From: Entomortierella parvispora E1425
Taxonomy: Eukaryota > Fungi > Mortierellomycota
Length of the DNA: 64,000 nt
Direction: 5' to 3'
Assembly (NCBI GenBank): GCA_020891255.1
Contig: BQFW01000003.1
Coordinates: 1,674,001-1,738,000 of the forward strand
The stretch's first letter is position 1; every line of letters begins with the position of its first letter. A program made the position numbers and the translations under genes. This document shows, piece after piece, positions 11,811 through 24,902 of the stretch. The notes beneath the pieces were generated by a model. The model was not told the origin of the DNA, did not search any database, and worked only from the letters and a program-made list of their open reading frames with translations.

Positions 11811-14800
11811 ATGCAGCGGAACCATTCAACCTCCTCTGCATCACCCCTTTCGACCATGGACAAGGCGCATTCCGACCAGCTCAATGCTGCTGCTGCAGTC
11901 GACACGGATGTGGACATGACCTCACCCGAAAGTGGCTCTACGGATGCTGCTCCCGCCATGCCCAAGGAGACTGCACCCGTCGACCCCGTCAAAGCGCACT
12001 CGAAAGCTCTGGAAGCAGCCATGAAGCTGGATCTCAGGAAAATGCATGCCCTCGTGGGGCAGCAGGTTGATATGAAGCACTGTACGTTTTGGTACTCCGA
12101 GCCGATCTGCTGCCTGAACCATCATCGCTCACGACCATTTTACTCGTATTTATCTTGCTTGACCGCTTTCTTTTAGTGGACGATGTTTTGGTGCAGAGAC
12201 TCGAGGATCTGGAATCTCTCAAGGCCAGTCTGGCAGCAAAAAAGGACTCGTCCTCTGAGCAAACGCTTAATGACACAGAGGGAGAAGGGTCATCTGGAAT
12301 CAAAATGGAATGCGATACGGAGCCAGCTTCGACAACACACAACGCGGTGGACGTGCGGACGCGATTCGTCCAAGAATCTATCCAGATTTTGACAAGCTTG
12401 CAAGAACATCTGTTGTTGATCGTCAAAGACCGAGGTATGCACTTACAGTAGCCAATGGGACAAAAAAACTTACAGCTGATCGAGTAAACTCACAGAATAG
12501 CTTGGATTTTTGAATGCTGATAGAAATCTATGATCCCACAAACGACAAGGAGATGCTTGGACTTATGGATCAAAGGATGATTCACACCATGCTGGAAATC
12601 GTGGTCTGTTGGGGAATATACCCTTGCTTGCTGCCTGGTGTCGGCATGCCGTTGGATCGCCGTGTCAGGTCCAACATTGTACAAAAGGATCTCTTTTCGG
12701 GACGACAACCGGCCAAGGGAATGACAGTCTCGCCCGTAGACCGGTTACAGTCAACCAACACACTCTGGTCCATCATTGAGCCACTCGCTAAAATCACCAT
12801 CGCCTATTCTCCCAAAGTCACACGATTCACCACTCTTGGAAGCATTCTCGCCAGTCGACATGTCCCCGATTTATATGCCGCCCTACTTCAATTAGGCTAC
12901 CGGCCATTACCCAAACCGGCCGAGCCCTCGGCAGCTCCTGGAATTCAACCGCACGCTGGACCAGACTGGGATGAAAAGACTCGACTCCAAGCAGAGCAGT
13001 TGAAGACACAAAGCGCAAAGTTATTTCAGGATCTATTTTGGAATACGGAGGCCTCGCGTTCATTGGAGTCTCTGACTATTCTCTTGTCTACATCCTCTCC
13101 AACACATCCGACACCCATGTGGCTCAAGGCTATCAGTGGACGATTTCTCTCGCAGATCTTATTGCGCCCGGGAGGAGTACGCGTCGTCCTTGAATACATG
13201 CAAGGAGGCACCGACACTGTCAGACTGGATCAGTTGGAAAAAATTGCTCGACTGGTCACGTCTGTACCAAGTCAAATGACATCCGAGCCTCAAAAATACT
13301 ACCGCGTTATTTGCCCAGAACTTCTGGAGATCCTGGAAAGGAATTTACAGGTTCCAGGCGATACACAGCTTTCAAAGTACAGGACCACACCGCCAAGTCC
13401 AATTTTGGTGCAGACAGTGACGTTTGTGGTGGGAAAACTGCTGACCAAGAACCCTGCCATTTGTCAGATCGAGATCGTGGCGCGTGAAGTGGAGCCACTC
13501 TGGAAGTGGGGAACTCGGAGCCCGCGCAAGCAACCTGTCGCCGCCGATACCATCCCATTAATATCAAGCAACAAAAACAGCGGCAACAAGACAAAACGCT
13601 CCCCGCTGATCAGCATTGTGGATGAAGAGGACGAGGAGGAGGATACTCTGGATGAACAGAATGCCATGGATCCTGAAGTGTCCTCCGAATATGAGGTAAC
13701 AAAGGCGGTCCTCTTTTTGCACAGCTTCTTGGTCGGCAATGAGCCTTCCCCACCACTGTTCCAGGCCTTTTTGGGGCAATCAGCTCAGGGGCTCTACCAA
13801 CTGTACGAGTACCTGGCACAAACTCGATCTGTCTGGAGAGAGAAAGCCAAGGAAATCCTTATGGTCTATCTAAGGATCTTGGACCCCAAGGAGGCGATCG
13901 AAGTTTTAAAGGCGATTGTGATGCGAAGACGTGTTCCCCTGCAAAGTTCCAAGCCGTGGCAGAACTTGATGACGGCGGATGGAAAGACAATTCCGGAATT
14001 GGTGGAGATGGGATCTAGTGGAGAATGTTATTTTGCCCCAGGTCCAACAGGCGGAGCCATGTTGCGCAAGCGGAGGTAAGGCATTGTTTTCGGTTTGTAC
14101 ACGCCAAGATGTTTACGAGTATCTCTTGTTGATAGTGATTATTGGGAATATGTATAGGACGCTGGACCAAGATTCGGCTACCCAACTAGAACTGGATGTG
14201 GACGTGTTCTTGGACTTTTTGAGTGAGCTGGAGGCAGCGGGCCACGAAGGCGAAATCACGGGCGATGTTTACATGTACTTGCTGGACGAGTACCAAGCTG
14301 GAAAGGCGCGAGGGGCCAACGTCATTTCTCCAAGAAGGTATTCTTTTGTTCCGCAGAAATTCTCTCTTTTTTCCCTGCTAAATCCATGGGTTACCGTTTT
14401 GAAGGCAGGGCTGATATTCATCATTTTTTCTTTTTTTTTTTTTCTTTTTTTTCTTATTTCTTGTTATATTTCAGAATGTTGACTATGCTTCAGCTCATCT
14501 TGAATATGACGCAAAAGCTGGGACCAAGTATCATGCGCAAGGTGACTCAGATCATTGGCCTTGCCAACAATATTCTGGAGCACCAAGGGTCCCCAGCAGA
14601 TCAAGACGACGAGGAGGACGAGAAAGTCATTGGCAAAATCAGTTCCGACGATGCGGATGATGGAGAAGCTGATATGGAGCTCTTGGGATTGGTCCTGACC
14701 CTCTTGTCCGCTATTCTCAGCGGTATGTGTCTCCGATTGCCTTGGTTGCCAGATCTCGTAGAGCCCAGATACGAAAAACAAACCCGAAAAACAAACCCTT

Positions 14801-16070
14801 TACTAATTACTCCCACTGATTTTCTTTAGAAAATGAGCATTTGACCCAGCAGGACCGACATTTGTTGGCCTTGACACTGGAACATATGAAAAAACTCTCC
14901 AATCATCCCATGATCGAGATTCGAAGAGTTGCTCACGATCTCCAGACGTTGATCCCTACTCGACTGAGCGACGGTGGAGAAGGTCAGGACCTTCCAAAGA
15001 AAACGCCTATGGAGATTGAGATGGAAAAATATGCGTCCGCCCTGGCTGCGTTGCAGGATCAATTGCTGCCGGTGCGTGCCCATGGTCTTCATATCCTTCG
15101 AGAGATGATCTTGGCCAAATCCGTGGTATTGACTGGCTCTGAACGAGAGCTGGATCACTCGCTGGACATTTTTGTGCAGCATGTGCAGGAACCAGACTCG
15201 TTCATTTACCTCAACGCTGTCAAGGGTCTGGCTGCCCTGACGGATGCACATGGACCCGAGATTTTGAAAAAACTGATGCGCATCTATGCTAATGCGGATG
15301 GACAACAAAAGCTGGACACTCGACTTCGAATTGGTGAGGCCTTGGTGCAGACTGTTCAACGCTGTGGCGAGGCTCTGGGCGGTTACTTGGATGCGTTGTT
15401 ACCAGGATTATACAAGGTGATGAACACGGCCATGGATCCAGAAATTGCCAAAGCTCGAGAAGCGGAAAGGGCCAAGAAATTGGAACAAAACAAGGAAAAG
15501 AGATCCTCAGAGGCGTTGTTGACCTTTGAGGAAAAGCAAGCCAAGTGGAAAGCTGAGCGTCTGGAACAAAAGAAGGAAAGCGGTGGTCATGGTGGAGCAG
15601 AGGACGAGGACGAGGATGCGATTGTAGACTCTGTATCTTTGCTTCGATCCAGTGCCTTGACCATCTTGGCCACAGCGGCCGAAAGTTGTCCTACGGCTCT
15701 GCTTCCCGAGATGAGATACCTTGTGGACTGGATCCTGTCCATCTTGGATCTGGACCGACAGGTGGAGGTAAGACGTGCAGCCACACTAGTCTTGATCCTG
15801 TTGTTCCGTGCCTTGGGATCGAGCACACTCTATCGGGTAGAAGGCGATCAACTCAAGCGGGCATTACGCACACTGAGATATATTGAACAGGTGGATGAGG
15901 ACCCATTGACGCGCGCGCAGGCTAGGACGGCCATTGCGGACCTGGATGCGATCATTCGATCAGAATTGGCAGGGTCGTCTGCTTCTTTGTCGTCTTCCGG
16001 GCTATTTGGAGGAGGACCATCTTCTGGTATGTCCACTGGATCAGGCATTGGCGAGATTCGATACAAATAA
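11811..16070 (+). CDS. RTP1: RTP1/TANGO6 family HEAT-like protein (RNA Pol II nuclear import/assembly), multi-exon
   Basis: Motifs LLRPGGVRVVLE, ALAALQDQLLPVRAHGLHILREMI, DSFIYLNAVKGLAAL, DTRLRIGEAL and LRSSALTILA, recalled as the RTP1_C1/C2 domains. The start could be 11811 or 11856. Confidence 0.85.
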
Positions 16071-16255
16071 ACGCACAGTATTGCATGTCTGTTGTAAAAA
16101 AAAAGGAGTCTTCTATATTTTTGAACCGCAAGTAATATGTATAAACCGCTCATAAAGCGATGATGGTAATAGTGGAAGTATAAGGGAATATGTGACAATG
16201 ATGGGTAGAGAGGGGAGGGGAGGTATTTGTTCTTGTTTCTTTTCTTTTCTTTTTT

Positions 16256-17347
16256 TTACTCTTGCAAAAGCATGGTTTCGCAGAGATCCAGGGCGTTTCC
16301 GACAGCAGCGGCTCTTCCGTTCCAGCCTCCAAAGGACTTGAACTCGAGATCCTCCTTGGGCCAGAGGACCACGTTTCCATTCTCGTTCTTGGAGTTGGCC
16401 TCCAACTGACGCAACTCGGCGACATCGTGACCGACCATCTCGAGGGCATCCAAGAAGGGGATGGTCTTGTTCTTCCACGAGCCCCCGGCGTATTTCAAGA
16501 CAAACTTGGAGATGCCAATCGCGCACAGCGTCTGATCCGCTGAGGACTTTGATTTGGCAGGGGTATAAAGACGATGTTCAATCACGAACCATTTCTGGTT
16601 CCAGGTCAAGAGCCGGGTGCGGATCTCGTAGGACTGGAAGAGCGTGATCTCCTTTCGGAACCACATTTGGTTCCCGCCCAACGCGAACGAGATCTTGCGG
16701 AGGGGGTGCAAGGGCAAGACGGTGGGTCCCAAAAGCGAGGTCACGTACTTGACACGGGCATAGTCGCAGTTCTTGCCGTAGGAGCTGTTAAAATGAATCC
16801 CAAAAGTCGGGTGAGAAAGGTGGAGAAGGTGGAGAAAGAAAGAAACAAAAAGAGTCAGCAAATATGTGGAGAAAAAAATCAAAAATGAAATGAAATGAAT
16901 TAGGAACAAAAAGACACCCTGTCTTTTTCGTTCCTTGCATTTTGCATCTTTGAGCGACCCTGCTGCTTGTCCTGTCCCCTGTTGTCCTTTTTTTCTGTTA
17001 TTTTTTTTTTACCTGTTGGAAAAGTGAAAGTTGAGATCGAGATCATCGACCCAGACGCGTTCACGGACAATGCTGGTGTCCGTGGGCTTGATCCGGAACC
17101 CTTTGCCGTGTCGGATCGAGTAGAGTTGCACGGCGGCGATGCGGAGACCCATCTTGGCGTGGAAGACGCCCGGGATGGATTTGAAGTTGAGGAGCAAGAC
17201 CAGGAGGATCAGGCGTCGGAGGTGTTTGCGGACCATGGCCTGATGGGGTCGGACATGTTGAAAGTAGAACGAGATGAGGTTGGCAGCGTACTGCAGCATG
17301 GGGGCAGGCATCTTGAGCAAGATCTTGTTCATGGTGGATGGCGGCAT
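16256..17347 (-). CDS. Hot-dog-fold thioesterase-like protein (THEM6-like), two exons
   Basis: RVWVDDLDLNFHFSN / SSYGKNCDYAR...FRKEITLFQSYEIRTRLLTWNQKWFVIEHR matches the DxDxxxHxxNxxY thioesterase pattern. One intron at about 16791-17012. Confidence 0.8.
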
Positions 17348-18372
17348 GGCTGTTTGTGTCTGTGTCTGGCTGGCTGGTTGAATGAATGTGAGTGAATGAG
17401 AGGAGAAGAGGAAGAGAAAAGAGAAAGAAGAAGAGAGAAGAGGAAGAAGAGAACGTTACTCCTGCGCCCAAAGGATGAAGACAAAGAGACGGTAGAACAC
17501 CCCTCCCTCCCTTTCAGTGGGCCGAACTTTGTTTCCCTTTGGACGGATGACATCGCAGGGCAGCTCTTTACTTTCACCCACAATCACATGAAGACCCGGT
17601 TCTCTTTCTTTCGTCCTTTCTCTCCCTTTGGCCTTTGGGAGGGGAACGGGTGCTCTCGTCTCTCGTCCTTTTCTGGCTTTGTCATGGCGATCTACGGCGA
17701 ACACGCGGGGGAGGAGGGCAGAAAGGAAAACGCAACGCGTATTTCATCTCAAAAGCACGGCAACACTTGCCCGTTTGCCGAGACGTAATACAACTCTTCC
17801 TTTACTCCAACCATTCCCTTTTCCTTTGAAAATAACAACAATGGGTCGGGTGTCGGTTGCACAGCGCTCAACTCGGCAGTTTGCACGTTGTATTCAACAA
17901 GTTCATGTACTTTTCTGGCGTATGTTGGACAAAAAAAATGTTTATTTGCTATGAAGCAGCTTTCTAGCTGTGGAAGTAGGTATACCATGGTCTGCTCATG
18001 GTAGGTACCAGGAGGCAATACTGTAGTGAAAACAAGACTATAGAGGATACTGAAGTGCCTATGCTTTCGTTATGGACGCTGTGCCAAATGGAAGTGAGGA
18101 AGGACACAAAGGGTGTTTCGACGTGAGGATCGAATTGGGAGCTATTCGGCTCAACCAAAAAGTGTGGATCCTGTTCTTAACAGAAACGGTGCTGCAGGTT
18201 CGTTTCTGTTGCTTTTCTGGGAAAAAAATTAAAGCCATGAAGATGATGATCTATCTCCCTCGGTGTGAATCTGGGGCCTGTGGGCTGTCCTTTTTTGTTG
18301 TTGTTGTTTGCTGTTGTTGCTCAATTGCAAAAAAGAGAGAATGAAAGAGGAGGTTGTTTTCACTCTAGCAGT

Positions 18373-18888
18373 TCAAGTCTCGTTCTGTAAAAGATGTCGA
18401 AGCTTCTTGCGGATGGAGCGCAAAGCCGACGTCTTGCTATCCTTGCTCGACAGCGACTTGGAGGTCACCGTCGATGATGAGCTGGAGGAGGTAGAAGAGG
18501 CAGAAGAGGTCGAGGAGGCGGTCGAGGTGCGGCTCAGGTCAAGAGAGCTGGACCTGCTGCTGTAGGCAGAGTCCGAGGATGAGGGGGACAAAGTCGTGCT
18601 GGGGCGGCCACGGGCAAGATCACTGGTGTGGTAATGAAGGGTCTTCTTGCAGTGGTGGCTGTGGGGGTGGCGTTCGACAGTCGAGGACGAGTCAGAACTA
18701 GAGCCCGAACTGCTAGAGTAGCTCTTGGAGTGGGAGGCGCAATCGTGATGGGTCGAAGAGAGCGTGGGGCGGGTGGTGGTGGTGGCCGAGGTGCGCTTAG
18801 GCTCTGCAGTCAAGGAGATACGGCGGACAACGACAATAGACGCCTTCTTGGACTTTGTGGAGGAGGCAGAAGAGGTTGAAGAGTGCAT
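18373..18888 (-). CDS. Hypothetical Ser-rich low-complexity protein
   Basis: 171-aa ATG-initiated ORF with a basic C-terminus (ALRSIRKKLRHLL). No recognisable domain. Confidence 0.4.
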   Translation of the reverse strand: MHSSTSSASSTKSKKASIVVVRRISLTAEPKRTSATTTTRPTLSSTHHDCASHSKSYSSSSGSSSDSSSTVERHPHSHHCKKTLHYHTSDLARGRPSTTLSPSSSDSAYSSRSSSLDLSRTSTASSTSSASSTSSSSSSTVTSKSLSSKDSKTSALRSIRKKLRHLLQNET

Positions 18889-20941
18889 GGTGATGATAGT
18901 TGTAATGGTTGGTGATGGGGATGTAGACGTCAGCGTGGAGGTAATTGCGCTGGTAATAAACTGTTCTTTTTTGCTTGCAAGAGTGCTTGCTGAGAGTAGC
19001 GCTTTGTTTTTGCTTGAAGGTGAAGAATGAAAAAAAAAGTGGAGGAAGGCTCAATTGATCCCTTGTCTTTATATGTTCAGCCCTGCGGCGTTCAGCCCCC
19101 TGGCGTTATTGGGCACGTTTGCTCGATTGTATCATGGACAAAGCCCAAATCCTCGGCGAACTTGGCGGAGGGGTGTGTTCCACACAGTGCAGAATGCACC
19201 GCCCATTTCTGGTGGCTGCACCCCCTTCCAGCGCCCCCAAGCCAAGAGAGGCAATAAGAGCCCAAGAGATAGACAAAAAAAGGATTGCGGGTTTATTGAC
19301 TGCGGGCAAGTTTATTTGGCCTGGAAAGAAAATCGAGATTGGACAGCACCTTGATTGTGGAGGCAAGCAATTGAAGGAGGCCAAGCAAAAACACAAAAGC
19401 GGTCAGTGAACTGAGATAACACGGTTACACAGCCGACGTCAAGGCGTATTCTTCTGTATGTGCGCTGCAATTGAACCCTGGAATCGCCCACGGAGCACAG
19501 TTTATTTTTCCAAGAGAGTTGGCAAGGTTAGGTTGCTGCTGCGGCAATCCTGTCCATGTCCATGGTAGATCCACCCCAGTTTGGGAAGTGGAAGGAACAG
19601 ATTGCTTCCCCCTTTCGGGCATGTTTTCTTGTTCACTGCTGTGCGGCGTCTCTACCTTCTCTGCTGTCCCCCCACAATCCGTAATCGTGGACGTGGCTTC
19701 TTTCTCGGATCTGTCTGGCTTCGCGCCGCGGAACAATGTCACTGTGTACAACTACCCTCGAAAATAGCTTCTCTGTTGCTGCAGACTTGAAGGCTCTGCA
19801 TTCAGGATAGAACCCTCAGTTCTGCTGTGCTTTGCTTGAGCTCTATGGACATGGCTTGAACGAACCGAGCACAAATGAACACATTGTCTATACTCCTAAG
19901 ATAGAGTGATGCCTAGGCCAGGTCGGCCTCCTGGCATCGGTAAGCAACGACAGTTGCCTCTTGACCTGCATCCACCCCTGACTCATTTCTTCTTGTTCTC
20001 CCTTTGTGGCCTAGATCTCATTTCCTAATTTCCATGCGACCGAATCTACTCTTCCTGAACAACAACCACATTCAACATCAGCCTGCATTACACCAGAACA
20101 GAGGATTACCGAGAACTAACCAGAGGCCTGGGCCAAGCAAGCAGAGGCTCGGGTTGTCTTGGACTGCTGCCTACAGGGGTTTTACATCCTTAAGGTGTCA
20201 TCTATCCATAGATCATCAGCGTGCTACAAGTACAGTACAGTAGTCAAAACCTATGCAATCGCCCCAGCACATTGAAATAGACGGAACAGGGCAAGAATAG
20301 ATCGCAGCCATCCATTGGCGGGGTGTGGGACCCCTTCCACCCCTGTAGCCCAGGCCCCCTACCCCGGGCCCCAGGGTCGAATCACAGTTGCCACCAATTT
20401 AGTTTTAGCTTTCAGGATCGTCTCTGACTGGCTGATCTCTCTTTTTTTTTTTTTTCCGTTTAATATTTGTCTGTCTGGGTATCTCTCTTTAAGGACGCTT
20501 TCATCGCTTGAGCTCATTCCTCTCATTTACCCTTTCTCTTTTTTTCCTCTTTCTTTTTCTTTCTTTCAATCATTCATTCATTCAATTCATCCCTCATCCC
20601 TCTTTGTGCGCTGCATATATTCGTTCGCATCCCCTTGGTAAGTGAGGGGTGGACCACACGATACGAGGCGTGTCTTGTCACATGACCGTAGACTGTAGAC
20701 CTCCGCAACTGCATAGAACGCGACTGTCACCAGAAAGTGCATTCTCATCATCCGCGGGAATGACCACAGTGCCTGGCCCATGCATCCGACCTGTCGACCT
20801 AAACAGGACTCTCTAGTCGAGGCGGATGATTCCAGGGTTGCGCGATATTGTTCCTATGCTAACTTGCTCTGCTGTTATGTTCGTACAAGTAGATCGTTGT
20901 CGACAACTTGAAACGGGTGCAACCTCTACAACTTCTTCAGC

Positions 20942-23900
20942 ATGTCCCCCTATCCGAACGGAGGACAATCACCCTCGGACTATCCGATGCAGAATGTCAC
21001 TGTTCAGTACAACCCCAATGCCAACCCTTTTGATGACGATCCTCCTCAGCGGGACTTTTCTCAGGACGCTCCTCTCCTGCTCTCCTCAGGATACAACAGG
21101 AATCAAAACACTGCCATCAACAACCCTCCCGCCCAAAATGGCCACAATGGCAACTATAGCCATACTCCGTCCTTAGCACCTGGATACACCCCTCCTTCCC
21201 CCGGATACGTACCTCCTTCGCCTTATGTTCCATACCAGCAACCCGGATTGGGCATGACGATGCCGACACCGCAGGTCCGTCAGAACCCTTTTGGCACTCC
21301 GGATCAGCGGCAGCCAGCACAATTCGACATGTCTGCCAGCGTACCTCTTGGACCAGGAGGCTTTGCCCCATTGCCCAATTCGCCTAGACTTATTTCACCT
21401 GGAACGCCTGATACTCGTCACTATGGACCTGCCCCAGTAGCACAGCGTCGTCGATTCCACACCACAAAGAAGGTCAACTTGACCTCTGGAAACTTGGTTT
21501 TGGATTGTCCTGTCCCCTCAAAGTTCTTAAAGACCCTCAAGCATCAGGAAGGCGAGGAGTTCACACACATGCGATACACCGCCGCCACTTGCGACCCCAA
21601 TGACTTCTTGGCCGAGAACTACACCCTGCGATCCCTCATTGTTGAGGAACAGCCTCGAGAGACTGAGCTGTTCATTGTCATGACAATGTATAACGTAAGG
21701 ATGTGACCCTTTCCAGACAGAAGGACCTGTTCAGAAAGACGACATCCATCCCTGACTGATAATCTTTACTAATGTATTATATTCTTCTGATGGGTTGTAA
21801 TCACAGGAAGACGAAGTTTTGTTCACAAGAACCATGCATGGTGTAATGAAGAACATTCGCCATCTCACCACTCGAGACCGCTCAAGAACTTGGGGTCCTG
21901 ACGCCTGGAAGAAGGTTGTAGTTTGCATTGTTTCTGATGGTCGATCAAAAATCAACCCAAAGACTTTGAACGTTCTTGCAGCCATGGGCGTCTACCAAGA
22001 TGGCGTTGCCAAAAGTGTTGTCAATGATAAGCCTGTCACTGCTCACATCTATGAGGTACAGCGCATACATGCGCAAATGAATAACCATCTTTTGTTCCCC
22101 GACTTTGACCATGGGTAATTGCAATTTACTGACGCTGCCACCCTCACATCATAGTACACGACCCAGGTGTCCATTGACCCTGAAATGCAGCGATCTGGGC
22201 ATGATAAGGGTTACGTGCCTGTTCAGATCTTGTTCTGTTTGAAGGAAAAGAACGCCAAGAAGCTGAACTCCCATCGGTGAGAAGCAATCCGGATTTATTT
22301 TGAGCCCCTTCCAGTCTTAGGGCTATTTATTCAAACATCTCCGACCGCAAAAGTGAAACTTTCTAACACCATTCTTAAATCTCGATTTACTTTAGTTGGT
22401 TCTTCAACGCTTTCGGACAGGTCCTCAAGCCCAATGTCTGTGTACTGCTGGATGTAGGAACCCGCCCTGGAGCGACATCCATCTACCATCTCTGGAAGGC
22501 TTTTGATCTGAACTCCAATGTTGGTGGCGCCTGTGGTGAAATTTGCGCCATGTTGGGTCGTGGAGGCAGTCAATTGCTCAACCCTCTCGTTGCCTCTCAG
22601 AACTTTGAGTACAAAATGTCCAACATTCTGGACAAGCCGCTAGAGTCAGTCTTTGGATACATCTCGGTTCTTCCTGGAGCTTTCTCTGCTTACCGTTACC
22701 GTGCCCTCCAGAACGATCCATCAGGCCAGGGACCACTCGAAAAGTACTTTTTAGGCGAAAAGTTCCACGGATCGGACGCCAACATTTTCACCGCCAACAT
22801 GTACCTGGCTGAGGATCGTATCCTGTGCTTCGAATTGGTGGCAAAGAGAAACAGTGCCTGGGTCCTTCAATATGTCAAGTCGGCCTATGGCGAGACGGAT
22901 GTGCCCTCCACTGTGGCTGAGTTTATCTCGCAGCGTCGTCGTTGGCTGAACGGTTCCTTCTTTGCTTCAGTCTATGCTCTGACGCACAGCATGGCCATCT
23001 GGCGATCGGATCACTCCACAGCTCGAAAAATGTTTTTCCACGTCGAGTTCTTTTACAGTTTCGTGTCTCTTTTCTTTTCTTGGTTCGCCTTGGTAAGTGC
23101 ACTTTATGGATTGCTGTACGCTTGAAACTTGAATCAATCGGCTTGTACCTGACAATCACCCCCTTGCTCTTGTGGATTAGGCAAACTTTTATCTGACCTT
23201 TTACATTCTTGGAAATGCCATGGTCTTTGAGCTCAATCCTGACGGTACTGTGGGTCAGTCGAGTCCTTTTGGTGAAAACGATATTGGATTCTGGGTGTTC
23301 ACCGTGACACGTTACATTTATATTCTGCTGATCATTGCTCAATTCATCATGAGTATGGGTAACCGTCCCCAGGGATCCAACTGGGCGTACAAGTCATCCA
23401 TGGCCTTTTTCGCTATCCTGATGGGCTACATGCTCTTTGGAGCTGGTTACATGACAGTAAACGGAATCAACCACGCTCAGGAGGAGGCAGCAGCAGAATC
23501 TGGCAGCGGAGAATCCATTGCCGCTCTCTACTTCCAGAACGCCATGTTCCGCAACACGGTGATCTCGCTCGCCTCGACCTACGGACTGTACTTCTTTTCC
23601 AGTTTCTTGTTCTTGGAGCCCTGGCACATGTTCCACTCGTTCCTCCAGTACCTCTTCATGGTCCCCTCCTATGTCAACATTCTCAACGTGTACGCGTTCT
23701 GTAACATTCACGACATTTCCTGGGGTACCAAGGGCGATACTTCGGTGGCAACGGATCTGGGTGTGGCCAAGAAGACGGCGGACGGAGTGGAGGTTACGGT
23801 GCCCACAGACAGTCACGACATCAACATGGCCTATGACGAGGCTGTATCGGCCTTGTCAGTCAAGACTGTGGAAGTGAAGCAATCCAGAGACGCCAAGACC

Positions 23901-24131
23901 AAACAGGAGGACTACTACCGCGAGATTCGTACTCGTGTACTGTTGAGTTGGATCATGAGCAACGCTTTGCTGGTGGCGTTGGTCACGTCCACGGTGTTTG
24001 GCGACTTCAAGACGACAAGCACAATGTACCTTGGAATTGTCCTCTGGTCTGTGGCAGGATTAGCCCTGTTCCGATTCTTTGGCAGTGTTATCTACATGAT
24101 CTTGCGTCTGTTCAACGGTCGCATTATCTAG
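20942..24131 (+). CDS. CHS: Chitin synthase, division 1 (class I/II-like), multi-exon
   Basis: Pro-rich N-terminus, [75 protein letters not shown], then several TM helices. Confidence 0.97.
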
Positions 24132-24902
24132 TGTATTCCTCCCTGGTTCATAAATTATATTTGACAATTTGACAATCTTTCAGCGATCTGCAATGTCGAA
24201 TCCTCTTTTTTTTGTTTCATCTGTATTTTATGGTTCGGTTGCCTATGGCTCAGACTACGAACGACGCTCTACTTCATGGAGTAGACCCATTGTGCCGGTT
24301 CTTCACTGCCCTTCTAGGCTCGATTATTGAAGAGGACTATATCGGCACTGGTCATAGCCATCAACATCGAAATGGAGGAAAACAGGATCACGGAGGACTT
24401 CATGATTGAGACCCTGATCTAAAAGATGGCCAAGACGGAGCTGTGATATTCGACAGATGGTTAGAAGGGAAGGGCAAGCATCCGTCAAAGTGGTGCATGA
24501 AGAGGGAATAGTGAGGCTTATTGCACAACTAACAGGGAAGGGCTCAGAACAAAACCAACATTTATTATAAATGTAAACCGATAACTTTGGCCTTGGTCAC
24601 CACGACTTATAGAGATGGCATGGAGGAACGCGAAGGTCCAGACTCCCCAAAACCACTCACTTGCTGGAGGTGTCTCTTTGCCGGACCGTCCGACAGCTCT
24701 TATTGGCGGACGGTGTATTTGATGGACGGCAACTTATCTTAACTTCCCCTCTGGGAATAAGATACTAGCATCCTCGACTAGGGCGCAGCGTAGCTTCTAC
24801 AGTCATACCTCATAAACCTATGCACATCATCAAGTTTCCCGATGTATTGAGACACAATATTCTAGATTTCAATTTCTAAGATGGATGCAGAGATATAATA
24901 CA

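Noticed and set aside
24212-24450. Coding-like fragment (ALVIAINIEMEENRITEDFMIETLI*) downstream of CHS
   Set aside because: It is interrupted by stops and I could not assign it to any family.
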